This document shows positions 50,729 through 60,549 of a stretch of DNA of 64,000 nt, one piece after another. This stretch comes from Sedimentisphaerales bacterium. Its GTDB lineage: Bacteria; Planctomycetota; Phycisphaerae; Sedimentisphaerales; Anaerobacaceae. A program made the translations under genes and the position numbers. The notes under the pieces are model-generated. The model was not told where the DNA came from. It searched no databases and worked only from the letters and a program-made list of their open reading frames with translations. The DNA is taken from the NCBI GenBank assembly GCA_963708075.1, contig OY970194.1, positions 864,001 through 928,000 on the forward strand, given 5' to 3'. Every line of letters begins with the position of its first letter. Position 1 is the first letter of the stretch.

Positions 50729-53062
50729 CTACCTGGGGGCCGGTTCCCGATAGGGCCTTCGGGCCAGATACAGGGTCAGGCGGGACTCGAGCGTTTCCGT
50801 GGAGGCCTTCGGGTTGGCTCGGACGAGCTCAATAGCCTGCCGGGTGACCTTCACGGCCTGATCGAACTGGCCCAGTTCCGCGTAAGCGGCCGCCAGGCTG
50901 TCCAGCAGGGGGGGCGACTTGTAGGATGTGGCCTTGCACGCCCACTCCGCCAGGCGCAGAGCGCGCAGCCCGTCACGGTAGGCGGCATCGGGACAGGTGG
51001 CCAGCAGCCAGGCGAGGTTGTTCGCGACAGTCACGTCCCCGGCGTTGGCTGCATAGGCCGCCTCAAGGTGGGCCAAAGCCTCGCCGTACTGCCCCGTGCT
51101 GCACAGGAGGCTGCCTAGCAGGCCGTGCGCCAGCGGGCTCTTGGGGGCGATGGCGGCCGCCTTCCGGGCATAAGAGATCGCTTCCTGCTCGCGGTCGAGC
51201 CGGGCCAGGCAGGAGGCCAGCAGGTACAGCGACTCCACGTGGTTGGGCTCCTCGCTCAGGGCCAGTCGGAACTCCTCGAGGGCCTTTGCATATTCGTGGC
51301 GTTGCTCGTGGCCGACTCCGATCCGGAAGTGGGTGTAGTAGTCCGCAAATTCCTGCTTGATCCGGGCGAACTGCCCGGGTCTGACGTTGACGAATTCCGG
51401 AATGTTAGCGGCGCGGTCGGCCGCCGTGAAATGCTCCAGAAGCACGGCGGGGCTGTCGTTGCCCTCGGTGTCGATGTGCGTCAGCCAGAGCTGCGTAAAT
51501 GGGCCGTGGGCCTTGGAGGCGAAGACCAGCCATCTGCCGTTCGGTGACCAGCTATGCCAGGAGTTCATTTTCCCTGGGAAGTTGCATCGCATCTTCCGGG
51601 GTGTCCCGCCGGTGGAGGGCATGATGTACAGGGTGCTGTCGGGCCGCAGCAGCATGAATGTGTCGCTTTGACAGAAGACGATCCACCTGCCGTCGGGCGA
51701 GTATCGCGGAAAATAGTTGCTCACCCCGTTGCCGGAGGCGCCGGGTAGTGGCGCCGGGTCGCCGCCTCGACCCTCGTTGAAGTCGATTCGATAGAGGTCG
51801 TAGCGGAACTTTCTGCCGCCTTCGAAGAACTCCGCGACTTCGTCCGTTTCCACCACGGCCGAGGAGGGATCTTTGAGTCCCTTAAGCGTGTAGGACTCGC
51901 TGCGGGCGAAGAGGATGATCTTGCCGTCGGGGCTCCACACGGGATTGCTCTGCACGTATTGCCGGTCGCCGGCGCCCTTGAGCGGCGAGAATTGCTTTGT
52001 CTGCCGGTCATAAATGACCAGGATGCCTGCGACAGGAAAGAACCGCTGGGAGTAGTCCAGCTCGTCCACGGCCGCGAACACGGAGCGGTCCTTGACCGTG
52101 CTGATGACGTATCGGCCGTCTGGGGAGATCTGCGCGAGCAGGCCGAAGGTCGGTTCCTTGTCGTCGCGACGATAATCGCTCCAGGAGATCACGTTATCCC
52201 TCTTCAGCACAGTCTCGGGCCCGGTATCCGCGATGACGTAAGACCCTTTGTCGCTGCCATAATCGACATCCATTGCGAGGGTCTTGCCGTCGGCCGTGAA
52301 GGAGTGACAATTGCCGCAGACCTTCATGCCGGTCAGGAGGGTGGGCGGCTTGTGTGAAGAGACCTCCCCCAGACGCCAACGGATCGACTCGATATTGTTG
52401 AGGACGTGGCGGAACGGCAGCGGCACATCGCGATAGAAGATTGGTGCGCCCACGAGGTCATCCGAGACGCTCAGCTTCATGCGCCCTCGGGACAATATCT
52501 TGGCGGGCTTATCGCTGCACAAGCCCATGATCGTGACGGTCGCGCCCGGCCCGGCGGACAGTCGCCTGATTCGTCCCCACGTCTCCTCATCCGGCATCCA
52601 TCGTTTGGGCGGGACAGCAGGGGCGGGCGGATTATAGGCGGCGGCGATTGCAGAGGCCGTCCGCGGGTCGTCATCGCGCGCGCGGGGCGGCGTGGCCCCT
52701 TGCGTGAGCACGTATAGGTGGTCGTCTGAGCCCCGGCGCGCCACATCGATTAGCCAAGTATCGGCCTTTCGAGTCAGACAGGCCGGATCGCTCCACACAA
52801 ATGTCGGGGCCGCCATGTCCGGCGGGAACACCGCTTCATCCAGCGGATAATCAATCGTCAGCGAAAGCAGATCATTGGCAGTCGAGGCCGCCTTTATCGC
52901 CCGGCGGATGACCTTGCCAAGGCTCCCATCGGGCAGGGAAGGCCCATCCCCAGTGGGTGCATAGACCACCGCATTGGCCTCACCTAAGAGCACGTGACCT
53001 GCAGGCCGCGCGACGCTCATCAGGACCCCAACGACCATTGCGAATACGGCGGTGTATCTCAT
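50729..53062 (-). CDS. Exported TolB-like (PD40) propeller + TPR protein with one CxxCH motif
   Basis: Signal peptide; CGNCH; repeated P.WSPDG blades; C-terminal TPRs (NNLAWLLAT, LDSLAAAYAE.G.F..A). Confidence 0.85.
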   Translation of the reverse strand: MRYTAVFAMVVGVLMSVARPAGHVLLGEANAVVYAPTGDGPSLPDGSLGKVIRRAIKAASTANDLLSLTIDYPLDEAVFPPDMAAPTFVWSDPACLTRKADTWLIDVARRGSDDHLYVLTQGATPPRARDDDPRTASAIAAAYNPPAPAVPPKRWMPDEETWGRIRRLSAGPGATVTIMGLCSDKPAKILSRGRMKLSVSDDLVGAPIFYRDVPLPFRHVLNNIESIRWRLGEVSSHKPPTLLTGMKVCGNCHSFTADGKTLAMDVDYGSDKGSYVIADTGPETVLKRDNVISWSDYRRDDKEPTFGLLAQISPDGRYVISTVKDRSVFAAVDELDYSQRFFPVAGILVIYDRQTKQFSPLKGAGDRQYVQSNPVWSPDGKIILFARSESYTLKGLKDPSSAVVETDEVAEFFEGGRKFRYDLYRIDFNEGRGGDPAPLPGASGNGVSNYFPRYSPDGRWIVFCQSDTFMLLRPDSTLYIMPSTGGTPRKMRCNFPGKMNSWHSWSPNGRWLVFASKAHGPFTQLWLTHIDTEGNDSPAVLLEHFTAADRAANIPEFVNVRPGQFARIKQEFADYYTHFRIGVGHEQRHEYAKALEEFRLALSEEPNHVESLYLLASCLARLDREQEAISYARKAAAIAPKSPLAHGLLGSLLCSTGQYGEALAHLEAAYAANAGDVTVANNLAWLLATCPDAAYRDGLRALRLAEWACKATSYKSPPLLDSLAAAYAELGQFDQAVKVTRQAIELVRANPKASTETLESRLTLYLARRPYREPAPR

Positions 53063-53073
53063 AGACAAAGAGG

Positions 53074-53103
53074 ATGCTACGCCATTCGCATCCCGCCTGT
53101 CAA
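53074..53103 (-). promoter_or_regulatory. sigma70-type promoter, short or no leader
   Basis: TTGACA-N18-TAGCAT, 11 nt before ATG 53062; no Shine-Dalgarno. Confidence 0.5.
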
Positions 53104-53158
53104 TCGGCAGAACGCGAGGGAATGGGTACGCAAGGCGAACGCAAAATTGCTCAAGTCG

Positions 53159-53248
53159 CGGGTGGCAGCGTCAAGCGCAGCTTGGCGATGGCGACTTTCC
53201 TGTGCGTACGACCATCGCCAAGGCCTTCGGCCTTGACGCTGCCACCCG
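53159..53248. repeat. Nested-palindrome (REP/MITE-like) element, copy 2
   Basis: Outer IR cgggtggcagcgtcaag/cttgacgctgccacccg; inner IR cttggcgatgg/ccatcgccaag. Confidence 0.85.
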
Positions 53249-53390
53249 GCTCGTGCCTTGAATAAATGTATCTTTGAGACTTTGCGTTTGCCCTGAAGGG
53301 GCACGTACAGGGCATTGTCGCGCCGGGCATTTCGGTTTAGAATAGCCGCCTGTCGTCAGGGAATGTGACTCTTCGTGATGGAGTGACTTT

Positions 53391-53822
53391 ATGAGCAGAG
53401 TGGAAGATGCGGTGAGTTGCTTTTGCCGGGGCGCCGCCTGTTCGCAGGCGATTCTGGGGACGTACGGCCCGTCGGTGGGCCTTCCGCGAGAGCAGGGGAT
53501 GAAGCTCGCGTCCGGCTTCGCCGGCGGCATGCGCCTGGCCCAGACCTGCGGGACGGTCACGGGGGCCTTCATGGTCCTCGGCCTCAAGCTCGCCGGACCC
53601 AACTGCGACCAGCGTGACGGCCGAAACGACGTCTACGCCGCCATGCGGGACTTCGCCACCCGATTCCAGCAGCGAAACAACACCGTCGTCTGCAAGGAGC
53701 TGCTCGGCTGTGACATCAGCACCCCCGAAGGCGCCCAGAAAGCCACAAAAGAAGGCCTCTTCCGAACCATCTGCCCCAAATTAGTCCAGGACGCCGCCGA
53801 AATCCTCGAAGAGATGCTCTGA
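53391..53822 (+). CDS. C-GCAxxG-C-C family protein
   Basis: CSQA, GFAGGM..TCGTVTG, C.ELLG.D and C..LV motifs; upstream TTGTCG-N17-TAGAAT (53315-53343). Confidence 0.9.
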   Translation: MSRVEDAVSCFCRGAACSQAILGTYGPSVGLPREQGMKLASGFAGGMRLAQTCGTVTGAFMVLGLKLAGPNCDQRDGRNDVYAAMRDFATRFQQRNNTVVCKELLGCDISTPEGAQKATKEGLFRTICPKLVQDAAEILEEML

Positions 53823-53932
53823 AGGTATATTCTGCCACAGAGGGCACCGAGGACACAGAGAAGAGTGATCCAGACACGGATTCGCCGATAGCTGATAGTG
53901 GGCTTCGCCCAGCACTTCTTTGCCTCCGGATA

Positions 53933-54883
53933 TCATCTTTGTGTATTCGACAACAACTTGGCGAGCCTGGATGGAAAGTCGTGAGCTGTGCTTGGGATGC
54001 TCAGAATCTTCTGTGCGATGGCGAGCCTCTTCTGCGCATGTGAATCTGCGGTTGCGAAACACAGCAGGAAAATAGGGATACCACGCCGCTTGTTGAGCGG
54101 CAAGGGCTTCTCCACGACATGTGGGAAGATTGTCTTCAGCCGCTCCACGAAGTACCTGCTTATCATCCTCCAGTCGGTTGCCGTCTTCACCGTCTTGGTC
54201 CCCTTGCCGAAGAATTGTGGACGGCTGACCGTCTTGTAGAATGCATCGTACCAGTTGTGCGACCCAAACAGCAGGTCCAATCTATGCTTGTTGGCGGTGG
54301 CGATAGGTCCATTTCGTTTGAGGAGCCGGTTCACCGCGTCTATGGGGAACAAGTACCAGACGTCAATCGCGCCCGTGCGAGCGACCGCCTCAAGGGTAGC
54401 CCACCCAACTTGCAGACCGCGCGGGTCGAGGAAGAGGGCAGCGCACCGTTGAGTCCAGTCGGTCTTCTCGCAGAGTCTTCTTACACACGCGTTCGCATCG
54501 TCGTTGGTGACCCTGGTGGCGTGACGCAGGTCTTGGAATTCCTCTTCCTCCAGCAGATACCTTAGTTTCACGAGCGTGGCACGGGTCTTGTCATTAAAGA
54601 TGTATCTGTCGAATGGGGGGACAACTTGCAGCGCCCTCCGGGCTGAGCCGTCGATCAACGATGGGGAGTTGAAGAGAGGCCTCCGTGATGTCCTCTTGCG
54701 ACTGCTGAGGTCGACTCTGCCGGTCCCTGCGAACGCATCGATATAGACGGTCGGGTACGCACCCTTCATCGTCTCGGTGAAGAGCGGGAGATAGCTGGCG
54801 ACGCGCTCCAGCTTCACCCTTGTCCAGCAATGACCTTTCATGTGTCCCTTGTTCTGGCGACTGTCCTCTTTCTTCTGCGCCAT
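53933..54883 (-). CDS. tcmP: Three-Cys-motif partner protein (TcmP family, SAM-methyltransferase-like)
   Basis: WT..KL....YL, YIDAFAG.G, DGSARRAL, DAN, FLDP.G.Q..W.T and DVWYLFP motifs. Confidence 0.8.
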   Translation of the reverse strand: MAQKKEDSRQNKGHMKGHCWTRVKLERVASYLPLFTETMKGAYPTVYIDAFAGTGRVDLSSRKRTSRRPLFNSPSLIDGSARRALQVVPPFDRYIFNDKTRATLVKLRYLLEEEEFQDLRHATRVTNDDANACVRRLCEKTDWTQRCAALFLDPRGLQVGWATLEAVARTGAIDVWYLFPIDAVNRLLKRNGPIATANKHRLDLLFGSHNWYDAFYKTVSRPQFFGKGTKTVKTATDWRMISRYFVERLKTIFPHVVEKPLPLNKRRGIPIFLLCFATADSHAQKRLAIAQKILSIPSTAHDFPSRLAKLLSNTQR

Positions 54884-55224
54884 TGTTTCGTCCTTTCATG
54901 AAATAGTTGGAATCATTCAGAAGGAAACCTCATTCCTTCTCATTCTTTATTATCGTAGAGCGTTTTGTCATTTGGCCGAAACGCTCCGAAAACCATGGAG
55001 ATAGCGTCCAAGTAGATCGCCTGCATTAACACAAAGCGTGTGGCTATAAGCAGTTAGCTGCATGGAGTATTTCTTGCCCCTCTATATGGGAGGCAAGGGA
55101 TTTCTGACGCAGAGTTGAGGTGCTGACACCAATTACAGCATGGGCGTGGGTCTTGTCGCCCGTCAGCATGATTGCTGAGCGGTTCCGCGCACGACGTGCC
55201 TCCAGGAGGCGCTCATCCTCAGTT

Positions 55225-55623
55225 TCACCGAATTCGATCCCATTTCTCGCGGAAAGCTTCTATGCAATAGGCTGGCGGCTGGAGCCAGTACGAGATCCTT
55301 CCGTCTTTCTCTCCCCGGTGGGCCAGTCGCCTGACTTCCGAAGGGATAAGCACATAGGCCGCGGGCGATGTGCTGACGTTGTTTACGACAACCCAGAAGT
55401 CGCCCATGATCTTGTCGAGCGAGGTGCCCAGGGGAACAGGGTTCTTCTTGCTGAGTGTCTTGACTTGGATGCTTACTTTGCGAGAGCAATCATGATTGTA
55501 TGCGAGGACATCCACCCCGCGTGCATTGCGTGTGGTAGGCATGGCATTCCACCCCATCAGTGACAGACGGTAGCACGTCCAATACAGCCCGACATTGCCT
55601 GTGATCTGCGCGTCTCTGTTCAT
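55225..55623 (-). CDS. Small PD-(D/E)XK-like nuclease-fold protein
   Basis: TGNVGLY...L...GW....T.RN..G.DVLAY......IQVK pattern. Confidence 0.6.
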   Translation of the reverse strand: MNRDAQITGNVGLYWTCYRLSLMGWNAMPTTRNARGVDVLAYNHDCSRKVSIQVKTLSKKNPVPLGTSLDKIMGDFWVVVNNVSTSPAAYVLIPSEVRRLAHRGEKDGRISYWLQPPAYCIEAFREKWDRIR

Positions 55624-55671
55624 ATCCACCTGCACTATACCGTCTTCTGATCGTTTAAGACAGCGTACTCG

Positions 55672-56163
55672 CTACCATCTCCAATTCCTTGCGTCAAAGC
55701 TCACGTGTATGTGGAGGACATTGGCGTCTGATGCGTACTTCTCCCGATATTTTGGGCACATTTTCCAGTCATCAATTGCTTTGCCGGCGATTTGATAGTT
55801 GCGGTCGTAGTTGTCCAGACTGGTCAAGTAGACATCTGCTTCATCAGTCGTCTCAACGTAGACCGCCACCCACGGGTCACACGCAAAAGTTCTACATGCC
55901 TGGCGGACTTTCTCCCGATCATCTTTCCCTCTTTGATAGGAGAGGAGATTCACCGACTCATGTTCAGTCCCGCGTTTCCGTGTTCTGGATTTGACCGTGA
56001 TCCCAAGTCTTTCATCCGTCGAAGGTTTATATGCGACGATGTCGATGCCGGTGTGGTCTACGAGAGTCACTTCGAAGCCCGATCTCGATAGCCAATTGCA
56101 TATGATGCTCTCGCCGAAGTCGCCAATGATCTTCTGGTGTCGTGTGCTTTTGATTATGTCCAT
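55672..56163 (-). CDS. Small PD-(D/E)XK-like nuclease-fold protein
   Basis: GGAGGT RBS; G.FGE.....WL...GFEV..VD..GIDIVA.......ITVKSR pattern. Confidence 0.6.
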   Translation of the reverse strand: MDIIKSTRHQKIIGDFGESIICNWLSRSGFEVTLVDHTGIDIVAYKPSTDERLGITVKSRTRKRGTEHESVNLLSYQRGKDDREKVRQACRTFACDPWVAVYVETTDEADVYLTSLDNYDRNYQIAGKAIDDWKMCPKYREKYASDANVLHIHVSFDARNWRW

Positions 56164-56362
56164 GTTGACCTCCAACGGGCCTCTCACAGCATCTGCCATT
56201 CCTCAAGGAGCCGCTGCCGCTACTGATTATCATTATATGTCATCGATGGGTGCACGCAAACGATCTTTGCGCGGGTTGAGAACCTACCCCACACTACGTT
56301 GTGGCTCTGGGGCTTTGAGTCAGATAGAATGTCACCGGCTTTTGAATGGAAAGGGCAGGGCT

Positions 56363-57373
56363 ATGAGCAGCGTTGGTATGGCGTTGATGGTTGTGCTGGC
56401 GATGGCCGGGGCGGACGGCGTGTCGCGAACTTCGTCGCGGGAGTTCCGGTGGAGCTATGGGTCGCCGGTGGTGGAGGCGAGAGCGGTGGAGGGGGTGGAG
56501 TTTGTTTCGGTGAAGGACCCTTCGATTGTGCGAGATGGGGACAAGTGGCATCTATTCTATACGGTGCGCGGGCCGAAGCGGACCCATGCGATTGTGTATT
56601 CGAGCTTCGGCGAGTTCAGCGAGGCCAATCGCGCGCCGCGGCATATCCTCTCGTGTCATCCGGGGTACTTCTGTGCGCCGCAGGTGTTCTACTTCACGCC
56701 GCAGAAGAAGTGGTACCTGATCTGCCAGGCGGCGGATGAGTCGTGGGGCGAGCCGCCGTACAGGCCCGCGTTTTCGACCACGACGGAGATCAGCGATCCG
56801 AATTCGTGGACGAGGCTTCAGCCTCTCTATGACACGAAGCCGGACATCGTGAAGGGCTGGCTTGATTTCTGGGTGATCTGCGATGACTCGAAGGCGCATC
56901 TATTCTATACATCACTTGACGGCAAGATGTGGCGGGCGGAGACTTCGCTATCCGCGTTCCCCAAGGGCTGGTCGACGCCCACGGTTGTCCTGACGGGTGA
57001 CATCTTCGAGGCCAGTCACACGTACCGGCTTAAAGGGCTCAATAAGTACCTGACGCTGGTCGAAGCCCAGAACGGTTACGGCTGGCGATACTACAAGGCT
57101 TATACGGCGGATCGGCTCGACGGGCAGTGGCAGCCGCTCGCGGCTGAGAAGGACAACGCTTTTGCCTCCATGCGGAACGTGACGCCGAAAGGCGAGAAAT
57201 GGACCGATGTCGTCAGTCACGTCGAGCTGCTGCGCAGCGGCCGCGACGAGAAGCTCGAAGTGGACCCGGCGAATCTGCGCCTGATCTTCCAGGGCGTTCT
57301 GGAGAAGGATCACCAGGGCAAGTCGTATGGCGAGATTCCCTGGAAACTCGGCCTGCTGGAGTCCGCCCGCTGA
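56363..57373 (+). CDS. GH62-like alpha-L-arabinofuranosidase
   Basis: KDPSIV, APQVFYF.P.KKWYL, DFWVICD, FEAS and W...VSH.EL.R motifs; signal peptide. Confidence 0.8.
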   Translation: MSSVGMALMVVLAMAGADGVSRTSSREFRWSYGSPVVEARAVEGVEFVSVKDPSIVRDGDKWHLFYTVRGPKRTHAIVYSSFGEFSEANRAPRHILSCHPGYFCAPQVFYFTPQKKWYLICQAADESWGEPPYRPAFSTTTEISDPNSWTRLQPLYDTKPDIVKGWLDFWVICDDSKAHLFYTSLDGKMWRAETSLSAFPKGWSTPTVVLTGDIFEASHTYRLKGLNKYLTLVEAQNGYGWRYYKAYTADRLDGQWQPLAAEKDNAFASMRNVTPKGEKWTDVVSHVELLRSGRDEKLEVDPANLRLIFQGVLEKDHQGKSYGEIPWKLGLLESAR

Positions 57374-57527
57374 TTTGTCACTATCGGCCTGATTGCCCAT
57401 GTTGCGGAAGGAAGCCTGCAAATGGATGTGCTCATCAGAGAGGCACGCCAGGATCGGCGCCCGTTACATTGACGAAGTCATTATTGAGAAGTTTCTGTAG
57501 CAACAGGGACAGGGAAGGGGACATGGT

Positions 57528-58172
57528 ATGCGGCTGGCATTGTGGATGGTGAGTCTGCTCGCGCTCGCGGGAGGAACAGGCGGGGTGAGGAGTTGGGACT
57601 TCGATCAGGTGGAACCGGGTTCGTTGCCGGAAGGCTGGAAGGTGGAGGCGACAGGACAGGAAAAGGCGACGGCGAAATGGCAGGTCACGAGAGATGAGGA
57701 GACGCCATTGGGACCCGGGGTCCTGGAACTGACGGCGACGAATCACAACGAGCGGGACGTGTTCAATCTCTGCTGGACGGATGCGGTGCAATTCGGCGAG
57801 GGCGAGATCGCCGTGTTCCTGCGGGCGCGGTCCGGCAAGATCGACCAGGGCGGCGGGCCCATCTGGCGGGTCCGGGACCGCAACAACTATTACATTGCCC
57901 GTTACAATCCGCTCGAAGATAATGTGAGCGTGTACTACGTAAAGGACGGCAAACGGACCATGCTCGCCTACTCCGGCAGAATCGAGTTGCCGGACGGCTG
58001 GCATCTGCTCAAGATCAGCCACCGGGGCGACCGCATCCGGGTGTTGCTCGATGGCGATATGAAGTTGATGGTCAACGCCGGCGACTACATCCCCGGCAAG
58101 GGCGGCGTCGGCCTCTGGACCAAGGCGGATGCTGCGACCGCATTCGACAATTTCACCGTGGTCACGCAGTGA
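57528..58172 (+). CDS. Exported ConA/DUF1080-like beta-sandwich protein
   Basis: Signal peptide; DQGGG..WR..D.NNYY..R.NPLEDN; G.VGLWTKAD....FD. Confidence 0.75.
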   Translation: MRLALWMVSLLALAGGTGGVRSWDFDQVEPGSLPEGWKVEATGQEKATAKWQVTRDEETPLGPGVLELTATNHNERDVFNLCWTDAVQFGEGEIAVFLRARSGKIDQGGGPIWRVRDRNNYYIARYNPLEDNVSVYYVKDGKRTMLAYSGRIELPDGWHLLKISHRGDRIRVLLDGDMKLMVNAGDYIPGKGGVGLWTKADAATAFDNFTVVTQ

Positions 58173-58191
58173 GTCTGGAAGGAGATACACC

Positions 58192-58500
58192 ATGTTCGGC
58201 TACAGTCTCATCCTGCAGGCGCTCTATGTCGTTGCGTGGATCATTTTGCTGGTCGGTTCCGTGGTGCTTCTGCGGCGAGGGTACGCCAGCGCCGCAGTGT
58301 CAATGCTCCTCGGGGCCGCCATCGCCTCGCTCATGACGATATTCAGCCTGTGCGTCACAGTGTGTCTGGCTGCCGGGTGGTTCAGGGGGACCTACCCGAG
58401 CAAAATGATGATGCTGGCAGGACTGGTGTCGGTGGTGGGCTTGTTCCTGTTTGCCCTCGGGTTCCTGCAGTTGGCTCGGATGACAAGACGGGAGGGCTGA
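58192..58500 (+). CDS. Small membrane protein (~3 TM)
   Basis: AAGGAG RBS; hydrophobic helices. Confidence 0.65.
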   Translation: MFGYSLILQALYVVAWIILLVGSVVLLRRGYASAAVSMLLGAAIASLMTIFSLCVTVCLAAGWFRGTYPSKMMMLAGLVSVVGLFLFALGFLQLARMTRREG

Positions 58501-58505
58501 TACGC

Positions 58506-58895
58506 ATGATGACGAAGACTCGATTGAGCCTGTTCTACCTGGTGGGGTACCTTTTCCCTGCCGGCCTGGGGTTGCTCCTGGCGCCCCGGCCGACCGCGAA
58601 GCTGCTTTTGTCCAATGCCGAGTATGATACCATCATGCTCCGGCTGGCCGGCATGTTCCTGCTGGGGTTGGGCATCATCGTGATGCAACTCATTCGCCTG
58701 CGCAACGAAGCGCTCTATCCGACAACGCTGGTGGTGCGAGTGTTCTTCTGCGTGTGTATCTCGGTATTCTACCTCATGAGCGGCGACCCGCTCTTCCTGA
58801 TGATGCTCGGGATTGTGGGACTGGGCCTGCTACTGACCGGGTCGTGTTATCTGGTGGATCGCCGTCGCGAGGGCACTGCGCAGGCTGCGGATTGA
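58506..58895 (+). CDS. Small membrane protein (~4 TM)
   Basis: GGAGG RBS; hydrophobic helices. Confidence 0.7.
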   Translation: MMTKTRLSLFYLVGYLFPAGLGLLLAPRPTAKLLLSNAEYDTIMLRLAGMFLLGLGIIVMQLIRLRNEALYPTTLVVRVFFCVCISVFYLMSGDPLFLMMLGIVGLGLLLTGSCYLVDRRREGTAQAAD

Positions 58896-58958
58896 GACGA
58901 TCCGCAACTGCTATGACAATCGAAACCTCCAGGAGAATCGGTGGGGCCGAAGGGTAAT

Positions 58959-59537
58959 ATGGCAAAGGTGTCGGGTCAGCGGCATTTTGATGGACGCGAT
59001 GAGTGGCGAGCCTGGCTGGCCGAGAATCACCAGGCCGCGAAAGAACTTTGGCTGATCATCTATAAGAAGCATGCCGGCAGGTCCGGCCTGACGTATGTGG
59101 AGGCCCTTGAAGAGGCGCTATGCTTCGGGTGGATCGACGGGATCCTTAAGCGCATCGATGACGAGAAGCATACGATCCGCTTCACGCCGCGAAGGAAGAA
59201 CAGCATCTGGTCGGAGCCCAACAAGAAGCGCGTCCGCAAGCTGATCAAAGAGGACCGGATGACGGACGCAGGCCTGGCCAGAATCCGGGAGGCCAAGGCC
59301 AACGGCCAGTGGGACAAAGCCGCCCAGCGAGAGGATATCACCGTTGTCCCCGCCGAGTTAACCGAGGCGCTGGCGAGAAATGAGAAAGCCCGGCTGAATT
59401 TCGAGGCCCTCGCGCCGTCCTATCGCAGGCAGTTCATCTACTGGGTCGCCGTCGCCAAACGGGACGAGACCCGCCGCAAGAGGGTTGACGAAACTATCGA
59501 GTTGCTGATTCGTAATAAGAAGCTTGGGATGAAGTAG
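58959..59537 (+). CDS. YdeI/OmpD-associated family protein
   Basis: EWRAWL..NH, EALCFGWID, FTPRR..S.WS..N and AKR.ETR.KR motifs. Confidence 0.9.
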   Translation: MAKVSGQRHFDGRDEWRAWLAENHQAAKELWLIIYKKHAGRSGLTYVEALEEALCFGWIDGILKRIDDEKHTIRFTPRRKNSIWSEPNKKRVRKLIKEDRMTDAGLARIREAKANGQWDKAAQREDITVVPAELTEALARNEKARLNFEALAPSYRRQFIYWVAVAKRDETRRKRVDETIELLIRNKKLGMK

Positions 59538-59581
59538 AACCATTGAGGCTGAACTATCCGAAATGATGGTCGGGCTTCTCT

Positions 59582-60112
59582 ATGAAAATCAAATTCGGTG
59601 AGTACATGATTCGGGATTGGAGGAAGGACGACGCGGCGTCCATCGCTCGATATGCGAATAATCGCAATATCGCGATGTGGCTGCGCGACCGGTTCCCCTA
59701 TCCGTACACCATTTACGATGCCGAGGGGTTCGTCGCGGCGGTCACCCGGCAGGACCCGCGAGCGTCCTTTGCCGTCGCCACGCGGCAGGAAGCCATCGGC
59801 GGGATCGGGCTCGATATGGGCATCGATATTCACCGTTTCACCGCCGAGCTGGGTTACTGGCTGGGCGAGCCATTCTGGGGCAAGGGGATCATGAGCGCGG
59901 CGGTCACGCAGTTCACGGCCTGGGCCTTCAGCCATCTCGACTTGTATCGTATCTACGCAAACGTTTTCGCCACCAATGCGGCGTCCGCCCGGGTCCTCGA
60001 AAAGGCAGGGTTCGAACGTGAAGGCCGCCTGCGGGCCAGCGTCTTCAAGAACGGCCAAATCCTCGACCAGTTCCTCTACGCCAGGATCAAAGACGAGATT
60101 CAATATGCCTGA
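59582..60112 (+). CDS. GNAT acetyltransferase (RimJ/RimL type)
   Basis: ELGYWLGEPFWGKGI and N.AS.RVLEKAGF..EG motifs. Confidence 0.9.
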   Translation: MKIKFGEYMIRDWRKDDAASIARYANNRNIAMWLRDRFPYPYTIYDAEGFVAAVTRQDPRASFAVATRQEAIGGIGLDMGIDIHRFTAELGYWLGEPFWGKGIMSAAVTQFTAWAFSHLDLYRIYANVFATNAASARVLEKAGFEREGRLRASVFKNGQILDQFLYARIKDEIQYA

Positions 60113-60527
60113 GCAGATGTTTCCGGAGCCGACAGTTGGGGCGCTGATCTTCAATCGCGAAGGGAAGGTCTTTTTGATGCGGTCGCACAAGTGGCGGGGC
60201 AAGTGGGTCCTGCCCGGCGGGCACATCGAGCTCGGCGAGCGAATGGAGGAGGCGCTGCGGAGGGAAGTGAAGGAGGAAACGAACCTCGACATCCGCGACA
60301 TTGAGTTCATCTGCTTTCAGGAGTTCATCTACGACGAGCGATTCTGGCAGCCCCGGCATTTCATCTTCTTCGATTATGCGTGCACGACGGACTCCGCGGA
60401 TGTACAACTCAATGAGGAGGCCCAGGAGTACGTATGGGTCACACTGGAAGAGGCTCTAACAATGCCAGTGGAGCACTATACAGACGCGGTCATCCGCGAG
60501 TACGTGAAAGTGAACGCGGGAAGATAG
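60105..60527 (+). CDS. NUDIX hydrolase
   Basis: Nudix box GGHIELGERMEEALRREVKEETN. Confidence 0.92.
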   Translation: MPEQMFPEPTVGALIFNREGKVFLMRSHKWRGKWVLPGGHIELGERMEEALRREVKEETNLDIRDIEFICFQEFIYDERFWQPRHFIFFDYACTTDSADVQLNEEAQEYVWVTLEEALTMPVEHYTDAVIREYVKVNAGR

Positions 60528-60549
60528 ACGAGATAAGGAGCGGAGAAGT

